Source: Lama guanicoe
Taxonomy: Eukaryota
Length of the DNA: 64,000 bases
Direction of reading: 5' to 3'
NCBI GenBank assembly: GCA_013239625.1
Contig: MU057343.1
Span: forward strand, 19,264,195-19,328,194
Each line of letters starts with the position of its first letter. Positions within the stretch are counted from its first letter, which is position 1. The notes under the pieces were generated by a model that saw only the letters and a program-made list of their open reading frames with translations, had not been told where the DNA came from and did not search any database. The position numbers and the translations under genes were made by a program. This document shows, piece by piece, positions 1-11,400 of the stretch.

Positions 1-558
1 AGGTTCTCAGCATGACGCAGCCCAGGGTGGGAAGGAGGTACCTTGTGTCCGCTGTGGTGATCTACGTTTTCTACAGGTGAAGCGACCAGAAAGTATACCA
101 TCCAAACTGGGACACTCTTGGGGTGGGGGTCGGGGGGCACCATTCGTAACGATGCTAGGCGACAGGTGGAACACACACACTGTCCCAGTCAGAGCGGCAT
201 CTCTGGCTCCTGTCCCGGGAGCGTGTGCGTTTCCCAGTCCTGCGCTGGGATCAGAGGCTCTAACTATGCTCCTGGATGCTGAGCTCACAACCACGTGCTT
301 TCCCCCTAAACATGAAGAAAAATGCATTTCTTTGACCTTCGTTGGTCAATCTCGTTTTAGGAAAAATTGTCTAAGATCCAGTAAGCAGCGTGTGTGGTTA
401 GAAGTGAGCAAATGCTCCTGCCTTTTGAGGGCTGTGCTATCTTTACGACCAGGGGACTGTAACAGTGAGGAGTTACCCTAAGTAAACAACATTGACGTTT
501 GTGTTCTGTTTTTGCTGTGGAAAGAGTGATGCTTACGAATACTGCCTTTGCCTCTCAG

Positions 559-723
559 TCCTTGCTCCGAACTCCAGTGTATGAAATGCTACACGGTGGA
601 CTGTGCTGTTTCCTACCAGCGATGGGATAATGGGAAGCTGAGTTCATGCTCAGAGACTTGCAATTGCCAACCAATTACCAAGGAATCAGACGTAATGGAA
701 GCGCAGACACATCATGAAAACAG
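559..723 (+). other. Candidate internal exon A (165 nt) of an unrecognised spliced transcript
   Basis: Acceptor tgcctttgcctctcag| and donor CAG|gtaacc. One frame (phase 2/2) is fully open: PCSELQCMKCYTVDCAVSYQRWDNGKLSSCSETCNCQPITKESDVMEAQTHHEN. Another frame has an ATG at 714 with A at -3. Confidence 0.4.
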
Positions 724-2714
724 GTAACCTGGAAAGGGAATAGGAAGTTTGGGACGATCGTTTCTGGCTCCAGTGACTAACATCTTGCAACTGGTGAGAA
801 GTAGGTTAATCGTGTAAACTCAGGGAGGCTCGGTTTCATAATGTCAAGGGTAATATTGCTACCTTTCTACCAGTTGAGATTTTTAAATGAGGTAAGTACA
901 TAAAGGAGTTGGTAGACAGGAAGCCCTTAGCAAATCTTGGTTCTCTCCTTTTTCACTTAAAATAGCAAAGCTACACCCCAAGTTCTGCAACAAAACCAGA
1001 TAAGTGTGTTTTTCACATCAGTCACATAAAAAGTCACTTTCTTCTCTCTTCCTTTCCTCCGTTTTTCCTTGTGTCCTTTTTCTTATTCCACCTTCCTCCC
1101 TCTTTTCTACTCTTCCCTACTCGTTCCCCTTATTCAAAGACTTAAGGTGGCCAAAGTATTAAAAAATGTTAACATCCTGCACACAAAAGATAATTTGACA
1201 GAATTAGAAACTTCACCTTTTAAAAATTAATCACCATTGTCACGACGATTAGTCATCTGATGAAGCATAAGTCAGATTTGTTAGGCAGACCTTTGGGGAA
1301 GGATTGCGGTGACCACACCTAAAGTGACTCTTTAAAGAACGTGCAAACGGGGAACAACAGTTCTCTCGGGAGGATAAAATTCTCTGTAGCAAACTGACGC
1401 GTGGATTTTAACTTTAGATAAAATGCTCTTCAAAGTTAGATTCCTTAAAGTGAAATCAAAGTGTTAGAATATGTACATATTCTAAGTCCTTTACTGTCCT
1501 TAGATGGGAATGTCTGTGTTAGTATTCAGGTTTGTTTTTGTTTTTCTCTTTGATCCTCTCTGCGTGGCTTTCACTAGTATGTCCTGGAATGGAACTGCAG
1601 TCACACAATGATTGACTTATAAAAAGGGACTGAAGGTGTGTAGGCACAATGAGGAATCAAGCTCCTTTGTCTTGGTTGAGGAGATGGTGAGGGCATCTGA
1701 GGATTTTTTTATATGAATTTAATTTTCTAGTACTTTTTAGCATCAGCAGCTGGGTTCCGGTAATTGAACTCTGATTACTGCATAAAGATGTGAAAAATAG
1801 ATGTTAATTAGATAAAATTGTCTGAAGGGAACAGCAACATTTGAGAAACCTGAGACCCAAGGAAGACTCTCTGCAAGTTTGTTTTAACAGGGAAAGCTTC
1901 CTTTCCTCGCCCCAATCCTCCTTTCTCCATCCTCTCCAAAGTCCTCCTACGAATCCTCTAACCCCCTGTCTGCCATGGTCCTGGCCGTGCGCCACAGTAC
2001 CAGGGCTGTTGGGATTGGATGCAGCTCACCGCCACCACCATCCCGAGGTCTCTGAACAATGAGACCAATGTTAAGAATATAGAAAGGTTTTACTGTTTCT
2101 CATGCAAGTAGAAATGTGGGGCTGTTCCAGATGAGAGAGTTGACTTTGTACTCTCTGGACCAGTGAGGGTGAAGGTCCCAGGCTGCCCTGGTGGGGCCTC
2201 AGGACAGAGGCTGCTCTGAGCTGCAGTCCCCAGCGACACCCCCACCTGGGTCCCTCTCCCCTCGTCCTGGGATTGAGGATAACAGCTCCTACTGAAGACC
2301 TTTTATTTCTCTGCACTCTCTTCTTAGGAGTCATCACAGGTCTTTGGAGAGAGCTTTTGGGTGGGTTTTGAGTGCTGGGGGCGGCGCAGTGCTGTGTAGT
2401 TTTGTAGACAGACAGGAAGGGGTGGAAACGTAAAGCGGAGTTAGTTTCCTACTAAGTTAGCAAAAGCCCACAGGTCCTGTTACTCACTAGGATGCTGTGA
2501 AAGTCCTTGACAAACCTGCAACACCTGCCACCTGACTGTTTGTTGTCACGTGGCATCGTGCACTTTTATTCCAGAGTTACCAGAGCACTAACAGTTCCCA
2601 GGGGAGAAGCACTGTTCTTCCTGTTCACTGAATAGAAATTCTCCACATTCAGTAGTTGGGTTTTACAAACAGGGTAGGTAATTAAAAATCATTAGATGCA
2701 TTTTATTTACTCAG

Positions 2715-2740
2715 AAGTTGAGACTGCAGCTCTCACTAAG
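2715..2740 (+). other. Candidate 26-nt micro-exon B
   Basis: Acceptor ttttatttactcag| and consensus donor AAG|gtgagt. Confidence 0.3.
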
Positions 2741-3334
2741 GTGAGTAAAGAGAAAGTTAATTTCTTGCTTTTTACTTTATTATTCAGACATTTGCCCTCT
2801 TGACCTTTTTTCCCTCATCAACCTCACTGGGGAATTCCAAGCCTCTTTAATGCTAGAAAATCCCCAAATGCTACTTGATTTTAGAAATCATTTGCGACAG
2901 TAGTCAAAGATGGGAGATTTAGAAGCGCTGTGCTAATTTATTTAGCAAACCTACCCCAGACCCTCCACATGCGTCATTTTGTTGCCAGAGAAGTTCTTAA
3001 AAATCCAGACTTCGGATTTGCATTCTAGGACTGTCAGAACAAGGACCTGGGGGCACTTGGTCCTCATCCTGTGTTTAGCTTTGGGGACTTTGCTGTGAAG
3101 TATCTAAATAATTATTTCTGTGGTCAGAGGCATGAGAGGGAAGTTCTGGGTGTCTAATCCACATTTCTAGTTACTGGCAAGAATTCAGTGATTCAGGTTA
3201 AGAAGTCAATACTGTGGTTAACGTTGTATTTAATGTGCCAGTCTTAGAATGTACTGTTTAAAGTCTCTCTCTTTTTCAAAGTGCCTGTTAGGCAAAATGT
3301 ATTTATTTGGTTTGGGATACCTGATCTACTGGAA

Positions 3335-3530
3335 GAGTGGTGTGCTGGTAAATGTTTAATGACCAGTTTTCCAAAGGGGAAGAAAAAAACCATTCTCTGG
3401 CCTTTGCTGATTTCTGTAATAAATACTTCCACCCAACCCCATATCTGACATTGTATTATCAGCACATTTATAAAATCTGTGAAAATTAACAGTTGACTCT
3501 TGCAAAGCTCGCATACTTTAGATCCAACAG
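3335..3530 (+). mobile_element. hAT-superfamily DNA transposon relic (MER63-like)
   Basis: Begins agtggtgtgctggtaaatgtttaa, resembling the MER63 terminus as recalled. Confidence 0.55.
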
Positions 3531-3914
3531 ACGTAGTAACTGAATCCTACTGCTTTGAATTAAATAGCTTCATATATATTAACTAGGGCAGTATTTTATG
3601 TATCGTATATAATGTTGTACGTAAACTTTGTGATCAAATGTAACATCCGCTTGTATTGTAAAAAAATTTGTTACTGAGTACAAAATACTGGTATGCCTCA
3701 TTTTACAAAACTGATTTTTTCGGAAGAGCTGCAAGTGAACTGAAAACTTCTCAAATTCTTTACCTAAGAAACTAACAAAATAGTTTTATTTGCCTGTCTT
3801 AAAATGAAAATTCCCTCACTTACAAATGTACATATTTCGGGAGCTATACAGTGGACTTAATCACGTGGCACTGATATTTGATAGGGCCTGTTAAGCTCCA
3901 TCTTAAGAACTGGA

Positions 3915-4140
3915 AGGCAGCACAGGCTAATATTAGGCCTGTGGGTTCTCGAGTCAGACTGGTTCTACTACCTACCTACTAAAATGAATGAAGTTGGAAA
4001 GTTACTTGTCTGCCTCAATTTTCCTTCTGTAAAATGGGATAACAGTATCTGTCTACTAGAATTGTCCCAGGCTCTGACAGGTTTAATACACGTAAAGTGC
4101 TTATAACAGTGCCTGTTACCTGTACTGACCACATGCTACT
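3915..4140 (+). mobile_element. MIR SINE
   Basis: Core tgcctcaattttccttctgtaaaatgggataacagta and 3' part taatacacgtaaagtgcttataacagtgcctg. Confidence 0.85.
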
Positions 4141-4224
4141 GGTTTTATGGCCACTGATGATGTATTCTGGGAAGACAAATGACCAGAGTTAGGAGTGTAG
4201 AACTGAATAAATGTTGCCTTAGAT

Positions 4225-4700
4225 GAGCTGTTCTCCAGGTAGGCAGCCCAGCAATCCTTGTTTTAACACGCCCTGCAGGTAAGTTGGCTGCACACTCAAG
4301 TTTGAGAATCACTGGTTGAGCTTACCACCAGGAGTTCCTTGAATTTGCATTCTTTCCAGAGGAGTTGACTGATCATCTGAGAGAGCTTGTTTAAAATGAT
4401 CCATATTTGTGCATAATATGAGAAAATACTTAAATGTCTTTGCCTGTATAAATAGCTTTGGAAGAATGCAAAGATGATAATGGTTACTTCCAGGGGAGGG
4501 AACTGAGTAGGTGGGAAGCCAAGGTGGGAGAGGAAAATCTTATATCTACTCTTGTCCCTCTTGAGTTCTGAATATAAAACTTAAAAATGTTAAATATTAA
4601 AATAAACATCTATAACAAATATTATATACACTATATTTAAAATACAGATTTGTGGGTTTTACCCCAAGTATATTAAATCAAAATCTAGCCTAGAACCTGC
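4225..4700. mobile_element. MER5-like hAT-Charlie fragments surrounding an old L1ME-type 3' end (~4400-4635)
   Basis: MER5-like cacactcaagtttgagaatcactg, gagcttgtttaaaat and aaaatacagatttgtgggttttacccc. The intervening aatggttacttccaggggaggg...ggtgggagagg resembles an L1ME 3'UTR. Confidence 0.5.
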
Positions 4701-4939
4701 CCAGAGTATCTATGCAGCTGCCTTGGTTATGATAAAGGCCCAAAGGCAGATACGTATCCACTGCTGATTCCCATAGTGTAAGTATTCCCACCGTGGCCAA
4801 CGTGCAGCTGTGCTGGTGGTTTGATGGTAGGGGAATGCTCTCTACAGGAAAAAAGGGACGTCTCTGTACGTGGAGAGGTGGAAGGCGTTATTAATGCCTT
4901 TATCACTTGGGAAGCCTTTGTGTCGGGTAGGATATTATT

Positions 4940-5110
4940 GGGACTCTGAAGTAGGAGAGTTGGGGTCTATCTGATCCTGCCACTCACTGGGTAAGAGTCT
5001 CATCTTTTCCATCTCTCAGTTTCCTTATCTATCAAATGGGGACATTAATAACTGTCGTACTTAATCACTGGGTCAAGTGGGATTAGATTCAACAGCATTT
5101 CTAAAGCGAG
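4940..5110 (+). mobile_element. MIR SINE
   Basis: Core tctcagtttccttatctatcaaatggggacattaata. Confidence 0.75.
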
Positions 5111-5174
5111 ATGTTAATTCCATCGGGCTTTGATGGACTGATCGCACATTCATGACATTTTAGTAGCATTTCAG

Positions 5175-5214
5175 ATTGAGTTGGGACAGAAATCTCTTCT
5201 ACGTCAAGAGGGAG
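5175..5214 (+). other. Candidate 40-nt exon C
   Basis: Consensus donor GAG|gtaagt. The acceptor catttcag| is weak and has competing upstream AGs. Confidence 0.35.
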
Positions 5215-6593
5215 GTAAGTTTCTAAATAATTCTAAAGTTGTACAAAACTATGTCTAAAAATCTACTTCTACCAGTAAGAAAATGCAGAGGCGATTAATT
5301 GCCCGTCTTTAATCCCATTCAGGCTGGACAAAGTATGTGGATTTCACAGTATCTCTAATATTATTGAGTTTATTATTCCAACAGGACTGGACACAGTTGA
5401 CTAAAATTGATCTACAGTGCCCTTGCCAACAGAAAAGGCTTTATCTGAATTATTAATTAGCTGCCCACACGGGCTGTAAAATTGCCACATGGGACCCTGC
5501 CCAAACAGAAGAGGGATGTGAACGGAGTGATGACTTGAGAAATGAAACAGAACGCTCCCGGAAGGGGCTTCCCTGCCGGGCACACGACCTGCCTCACAGC
5601 GCTTTGGTTGCGGCAGGTGAAGCTGGCCTCCGAGTTTGACTACCACATGGAGAGCTGCAGCCTCCCCACCGAGGGCGCTGCCTGGTGTCAGCCTTGTGGG
5701 AAGGAGAGTGGACTCATTCTCACAAGACGTTCAGTCCTTCTCCAGTTGTGAACCAGAGTCCCTTCTTTGCAACAGAACTGTTACATCATGGCTAAAATTA
5801 CCCCTTCATACTTAGGCACATCCAGAGTTTTTGTTCCCATAGAGTAATTTTTGAGATCAAATGATCTAAATTTATAAAACCCTTAAAAAATAATAGCTGT
5901 CATCTATTATATAGATACCGTGCTGGGTTCCTTGTATCATCTCGCTCACTCCTCAACTCTGTGAAGGAGGTACGGCTGTCATCCCTGTTTGGCAGATCAA
6001 ACGCTTGGTTCTCAGAGCCCTTAAGAATGTACATGATGCCACAGGCTCAAAGCAGGTCTGGTTCTGTCTGCTGTACTTTTATCCCCCACACAGTATGGCC
6101 CCCAATTTCTAAAAAAAGACTATTCGAACATCTTATTTACACTTTTTTTTTTTAAGATTTAAGTTGTAGGAAGTAGATTCATTAAGTTGTAGGAAGGTAC
6201 AAACCTAAATGTTGTAGCCTTTATACAGTTCTCAAGAGAACAGATGCCAGGCCAGGAGGCAGCCTAGCTGGAAAGGAATTCTTTGTGTGACAGGAATACA
6301 CTATATCCTGGACCACTCCCATGATATTTTGCAGGACTTCCAGTCTAGTTTTTGATCGAAGTTTGGTTTCGAGCACAGAAATCTGTGAGAAATCCCATGA
6401 GAAGATTCCATGAAGGCAGCAACAAAGACTCCTGTTTCAATTGACTTTTTATGTAAATGGAAAAAAATGAATTGGAAGCTCACACCTGAAAATTTGTGAG
6501 AGGCGCTCTCTCAATAATTAAGCAATATTCAGAGACACAGACTCTAGGAGCCATGCTAACATCTGGATTTTGTCTACCTGTTTTCTCTTGCAG

Positions 6594-6678
6594 AAAAGCA
6601 GATGACCAGAAGCGAGAAGTTCGGCTCACAGTCACACCATAGACACAGACACAAAGGTGGGAGGCGTCACTCCTAACG
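6594..6678 (+). other. Candidate 85-nt exon D
   Basis: Branch point tgctaac (6554-6560), long pyrimidine tract ending ttttctcttgcag|, donor ACG|gtaagt. Confidence 0.6.
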
Positions 6679-6870
6679 GTAAGTATGTACTGAGGGTTAA
6701 ACCTCCCGGACAACTGGGGAAGCGTCACCTGCTGGGAACATTCGTGCCCTTGCCGTAACTAATTCATGACTTCAGGAGATAGAGAACTTGGAGAGCTCCC
6801 GACAGTTTTTTCTGTGGCTTCTCCTTATCTCCTCAGTAGAAAATTCTGTCTTGCTTTTGCCCTTCCCCAG

Positions 6871-6946
6871 GTTACCATGACTCACCGACTACCAGTATAA
6901 ACACAAACTCTTCAGGAGCATCTATTACCAACCATAATATTCGAAG
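6871..6946 (+). other. Candidate 76-nt exon E
   Basis: Acceptor ttctgtcttgcttttgcccttccccag|G and donor AAG|gtgagt. It lies 192 nt after exon D. Confidence 0.6.
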
Positions 6947-7789
6947 GTGAGTCTTGACATAGCCCCGGAAGACATTTTGTTAGAAATAAAAAAAGCAGTG
7001 TGAGTGTGATAAACAGCAGCACTGTCACTGTATACTTTTAAAATATTTACTACTGTGTTACTGAAATATTTAAAGTGATTATCTGAACCGCTCCACATCA
7101 CACAGGAGCCTGAACATGTCAACATCCAGCACAACTCTCTGACAGTCTCACTTCGACACCGTGCTTTCCAGAAAACAATTCATGCCAAAGAGTGACTGGA
7201 ACAGGTTTTCATAGGAAAGAAATAGATCTCCAATTAAAAAGTGCTGAAAGTCAGCATTAAGAGATGCGGCAAGCTGTTTGCCCCAGATCCCGGCTCCGCA
7301 AATAAGCGCCAGTGGGCATCGGTGAAAAAGCGTCACCTTTGGTTCAGTCAAGTGTGTGTGTGACTGCTGTTAGCGCCCTCTTCCTGGTCCGTGTCTCCGG
7401 AAAGGACATGCAATCAAAGAGCCTTTCTGACCTGGCCACCCTGTACGTGTTCTTTGTCTCTTGCACCCTTTGCTTCTAGACAGGATCTAAGAGCACTTCA
7501 TCTCCAGATTCAGCTTTGACATTGATTCTGTCCTGAATTCTAAAACCTTTTCAGGCTCCTTTAGCCCATAAATGAGCCGTCTTTAGCTGAACTGTAGTTC
7601 AGTGCAGCAGGTACTTTGGAGGGACATTGGGGACGTGGCTGAAGACGGACCGAGTCGGTCCTGTCGGCTAGATTTTATTTGTAACAGAGTCTCTCCTGGG
7701 CTGATTTCCTGTTTTTAATATCAAGTCTAGCAAAGAGGCTTAAGACACCGATGAAAAGTCCCCTAAAACTCTCCTCACACATTTTGCTA

Positions 7790-7975
7790 AAACTAATGCT
7801 TCAGCCCTTTACACAACATCTAACAGGCAAGGAGAACATACCTTCCGTTTTACAGGGGAACCCAAGGGCTTAGAGAAGTCACTTGCTCCAGGTCGAGCAG
7901 CTGCCGAGTGGTGGACTTGGAATCTGAACATTGGTCAGTCCAGCTCAAAACACCATGCGCTTAACTGCTGAACCA
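7790..7975 (-). mobile_element. MIR SINE
   Basis: Reverse-orientation core ccgttttacaggggaacccaagggcttagagaagtcacttgctccaggtc. Confidence 0.65.
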
Positions 7976-8428
7976 GAGACAGGAAGTACACTTCACACTG
8001 TGTGACACCTCTAAGCCGCGGGAGTGGCTGCCTGCTGAAGCGCGGGGCTGAGGCGGCCTCCCAGGCTGTGCGTGTGGGCTCACGGGGAAAGGGGGTCAGA
8101 TCCGTTAGTGCAAGGGCAGCGGCAGCCCTTGCGCCACTTCCATTTTACTGTCCCCCAAGTCACTAATCTTTATGTCCTATTTCAGTTTCTGACGGGTCTA
8201 ACGTGTGGGAAGACTTAGGGTGCTCCTGGGTCACCCTTTCCCTCGGTGACCCTGGGGTAGTCACTTAGTCTGTTTTTCATACACGACCTGAAGGAATTAA
8301 TTGGATGGTCTTTAGCATTAAAAGGTTTGTGTGTAAATATGTGTCTTAAAATTATTGTACCAACAAAGTAGTTTTAGAATTATCCTGTGAATTTTGTTTT
8401 ATGTCATTTTATATTCCCTTTCTACCAG

Positions 8429-9020
8429 TCATCTGCCAAAACGGAGAAAGAAAAGAGAGGCCCGACAAACCGGCCCTGCCTGCTCCTCCCGCGCACCTCT
8501 GCCGCGCCGCAGCGCTGTGGGAGGACGTTCCGCCGTGATCCTTGGATATTAAGGACAATAAGAAAATGAAAGAGACCCCGTCATAACAGGCAGAAAACTT
8601 GTTACCACATATCAAAGGACAAAGGTTCACAAAGGATAAACTAAAACCAATTCTTTCTCAGAATTAAGCCAGCCGAACCCTTCATAGAAGTGAGAACCAA
8701 CTGAAAACCAGTGTTGTATTACGTCCATAAGTGTGGTTCCTGAGAGGAAGAACCTCACGAGGGAGTTACCCTCTCTCACTCATTAGAGAAGCTGGATTCC
8801 AGCTGCATCCAGTGTTGCCATGTGACGGGGACAGGCCCTGAGGAGGTACGTAGTGCCTATTTCCAGCCCTACTTATTGAGAGTGCTTTAGCTTCTGTTTC
8901 ACTTGGTGGCAAAAATTTTGTTTCATAACTAAGAGACAAAGATGCAAAGGAAGGACTGCTGTTTAGTCAGGAGGAATTAAAGTATGTATAGTAATAAAGC
9001 CAGCACGCAGCAGAGGTAGA
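8429..9020 (+). other. Candidate terminal exon F with polyadenylation signal
   Basis: Acceptor ttttatattccctttctaccag|, CpG-rich start, AATAAA at 8993-8998. The 3' end is approximate. Confidence 0.3.
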
Positions 9021-10009
9021 GAAAGGCCCAGCTCTGGCTTTACTGTCCTCAGACTTGCAGAATGCCCAGGACCTTTCTGTGTCATTCATTCCTTCACTTC
9101 CCTGGCAATGAATTAGCAAAAAAATCCTTAATTAATTCATTTTGCAGGTTAGGTCTCAGGCACTCAGAGTTCCAGAAAGACACAGCAAGACAGAGCCATT
9201 GGCGGTGCATCACCCGGGCATCTGGGCATCCAGGACCGCACTGTTACTATTTTCATTTCTAAGTCCACAGGACAGTGCACTGCCATCGTCCCGAAAGCGA
9301 ACATGTTGCATGTTTTGCCCACATGAACATGATGGTCAGCATGCCTCTCGCCACCTTTATGAAACAGCAGATGCTGGCCCTGGCGGTTCTCCAGCCCTCC
9401 TTGTGCCGTCAGGCCTAACAGCCCCCTTGGCTAGTTGGAGCGCTGTTCATCTCTGGTCCTGAGTGAAAGGGCTGCGCCCGGGCCCTGCTGTGCAGTTGCT
9501 TTGGTCTCAGGGGTAAGAGGCTGGCCTGCAGGGGTGGGCAAGGATTCTCCCCTGGCTCCCACACAGGTCAGCTGAGGGGAGGCTCACGCAGCTCGGGGGT
9601 GAGAAGGCAGTAGGAGCCGTGCTCCTTGAGTGGTGCTGCTTCCTGATGGGGGACCCTGTGTTCACATTAGCCTCTAATGTGACATAATGAATTATGAACT
9701 AAAGGTTATTGGAAGATGTGTGCCTTCTGCAGAACACAAGTGTAATGCATGAAAGCAAACCACAGGTCCACTTAGGAGAGTGGATCAATATGTATATTGC
9801 TCTTTAATGAAAGGAAATAGCCCTGATAGATCTTCCTTGGGATTGAGGACGAGTATGTATTTGTAGTCAGCACATGAGGTGTTTCATTGATCTCAGTCAA
9901 ATTAAAATTTTATTACCAAGTAACACACTCGTCTGTATTTTGCCAGAAATTCTTTCTCTCTAAAAGCCAGAACTGCTGCCTTCTGTTTCTCTCTCCTGAC
10001 TGACTTATA

Positions 10010-10190
10010 AGTACCTTATATGGACCTGCATTTTCCTATGTACGATCTCATTTAATCCTCCTGACAGTATTGTAAATTGCTACTTTCATCTCCATTTACA
10101 GACAAAGATACTGAAGCAGAGAAGTCATTTGTCCTCTGTCACATACCTAATAAAAAGCAAACCATGGACTCAGACAGACCTGGTTTGCTC
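10010..10190 (-). mobile_element. MIR SINE
   Basis: atctcatttaatcctc...ccatttacagacaaagatactgaagcagagaag. Confidence 0.7.
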
Positions 10191-11164
10191 TGACCCTGAA
10201 ATTCATGTGATTCTGCAAGTCCATACGGCCTCCCAGAGGCAGAGTGAGGGTGGTTTAACAGCATGGTCAGATGTGAGTGAAGACGATGAGAAAGAGAAAT
10301 GATGAGGCTGACAAAGAAATGCACCCAGCCAGGCAGCGAGGGGCTGTCTTCACCCGCCCAGGAGGGCCCTGGGGCTGCTGCTCCTGCCCGGCTCAGAGAG
10401 CAGAGCTTCCGTCCTTCTAGGTTTGTGGAGGGCAGCAGGGCAGATGTGGCACCTCAAAGTTAAGCGAAAGCATTTAGCACGTGTGACCCTAACCTTTGGA
10501 GTCTCAGTTTTGGTCCCTGAGTTTTTCGTGGCTCTACGGCAAATCCTCAACAGTATTTGAACAGTATTTCTACTCCCTGTGTGGATTGAGTCTCCTCACT
10601 TTGTTCAAAGGCTGGTTTTAGAAGTCCAGGCACCACGAGCCATGTTAGACAGTGTGAGGTTTAATCAATAAAACTGATTAGGAAACAACTCGAAGCCACG
10701 CCGCCTGCTTCCATGCTTGATACACTGGGCAGCCACTTAGCTCTCGCCTTGTATTTGATCCACAGACTCCGTGAAACCTGTACCTTTCCCTTCCTGCATG
10801 AAATTTTAAATTGCAGCCTGCATTACGTTCTGTGGGCTGCAGGGTTACATGGCAGTCAGCTCCCGCGGCCTCGGGGTGTTGCCTGAGAAACGCCTTAGTG
10901 ACGGTTACCTGAGAGGTCAGAGTCCAGTCTCTGTTCCTCTTCTACACAGTGGGACCCTGTTCCTACATGGATGGTCTGATGCAGACTCACCATCTTCTCA
11001 TAAATGCACTACTCCATCATTCATAATGAGGCTGCCGCCTGGAATCAGCTCTTTTGTATAAAGGAAAGGGAATGCACTTCAGGAAGCTAATGTGAGAGAT
11101 TTCCAGAAACACGATAAACAGTTCTGTCTAGTGGAAACACGCACAGGCATGCAAATGAAAATGC

Positions 11165-11192
11165 ACACACACACACACACACACTCTCTCTC
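11165..11192. repeat. (CA)n(CT)n compound microsatellite
   Basis: Read directly from the sequence. Confidence 0.95.
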
Positions 11193-11249
11193 TGTTTCCT
11201 AACATGCTGGTTGTAGTCTTAAGAAAATTACACGCATTAAAAGTTCCCC

Positions 11250-11400
11250 TAAAAAACCAATGTGGCAGGTAGGCTCTATTTTCTTACCATTTTGACAATG
11301 GTAAACTGAGGCACAGAAAGCTTAAATTACTTGCCTTATTTAGCTCATATAGCTAACAAGTAGCAAAACTGGGATGCTGATACTGACCAATCTGGGTAAG
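11250..11400 (-). mobile_element. MIR SINE
   Basis: ccattttgacaatggtaaactgaggcacagaaagcttaaattacttgcc. Confidence 0.8.

Noticed and set aside
77-481. 134-aa ORF following an AG acceptor-like site
   Set aside because: No recognisable homology, GTG start, and no clear phase-compatible donor.
6159-6196. 15-bp direct repeat ttaagttgtaggaag with an 8-nt spacer
   Set aside because: No poly(A) or element between the copies. Looks like an ordinary micro-duplication.
6603-6605. In-frame TGA as a selenocysteine codon
   Set aside because: I could see no SECIS-like AUGA...AA...GA stem-loop in the putative 3'UTR (8553-9020), and the peptide resembles no selenoprotein family. SECISearch3 would be needed to exclude it fully.
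724-8428. snoRNA/miRNA host-gene hypothesis for the small-exon transcript
   Set aside because: No convincing box C/D pair with a terminal stem and no known mature miRNA sequence were recognised in the introns. H/ACA RNAs cannot be excluded by eye.
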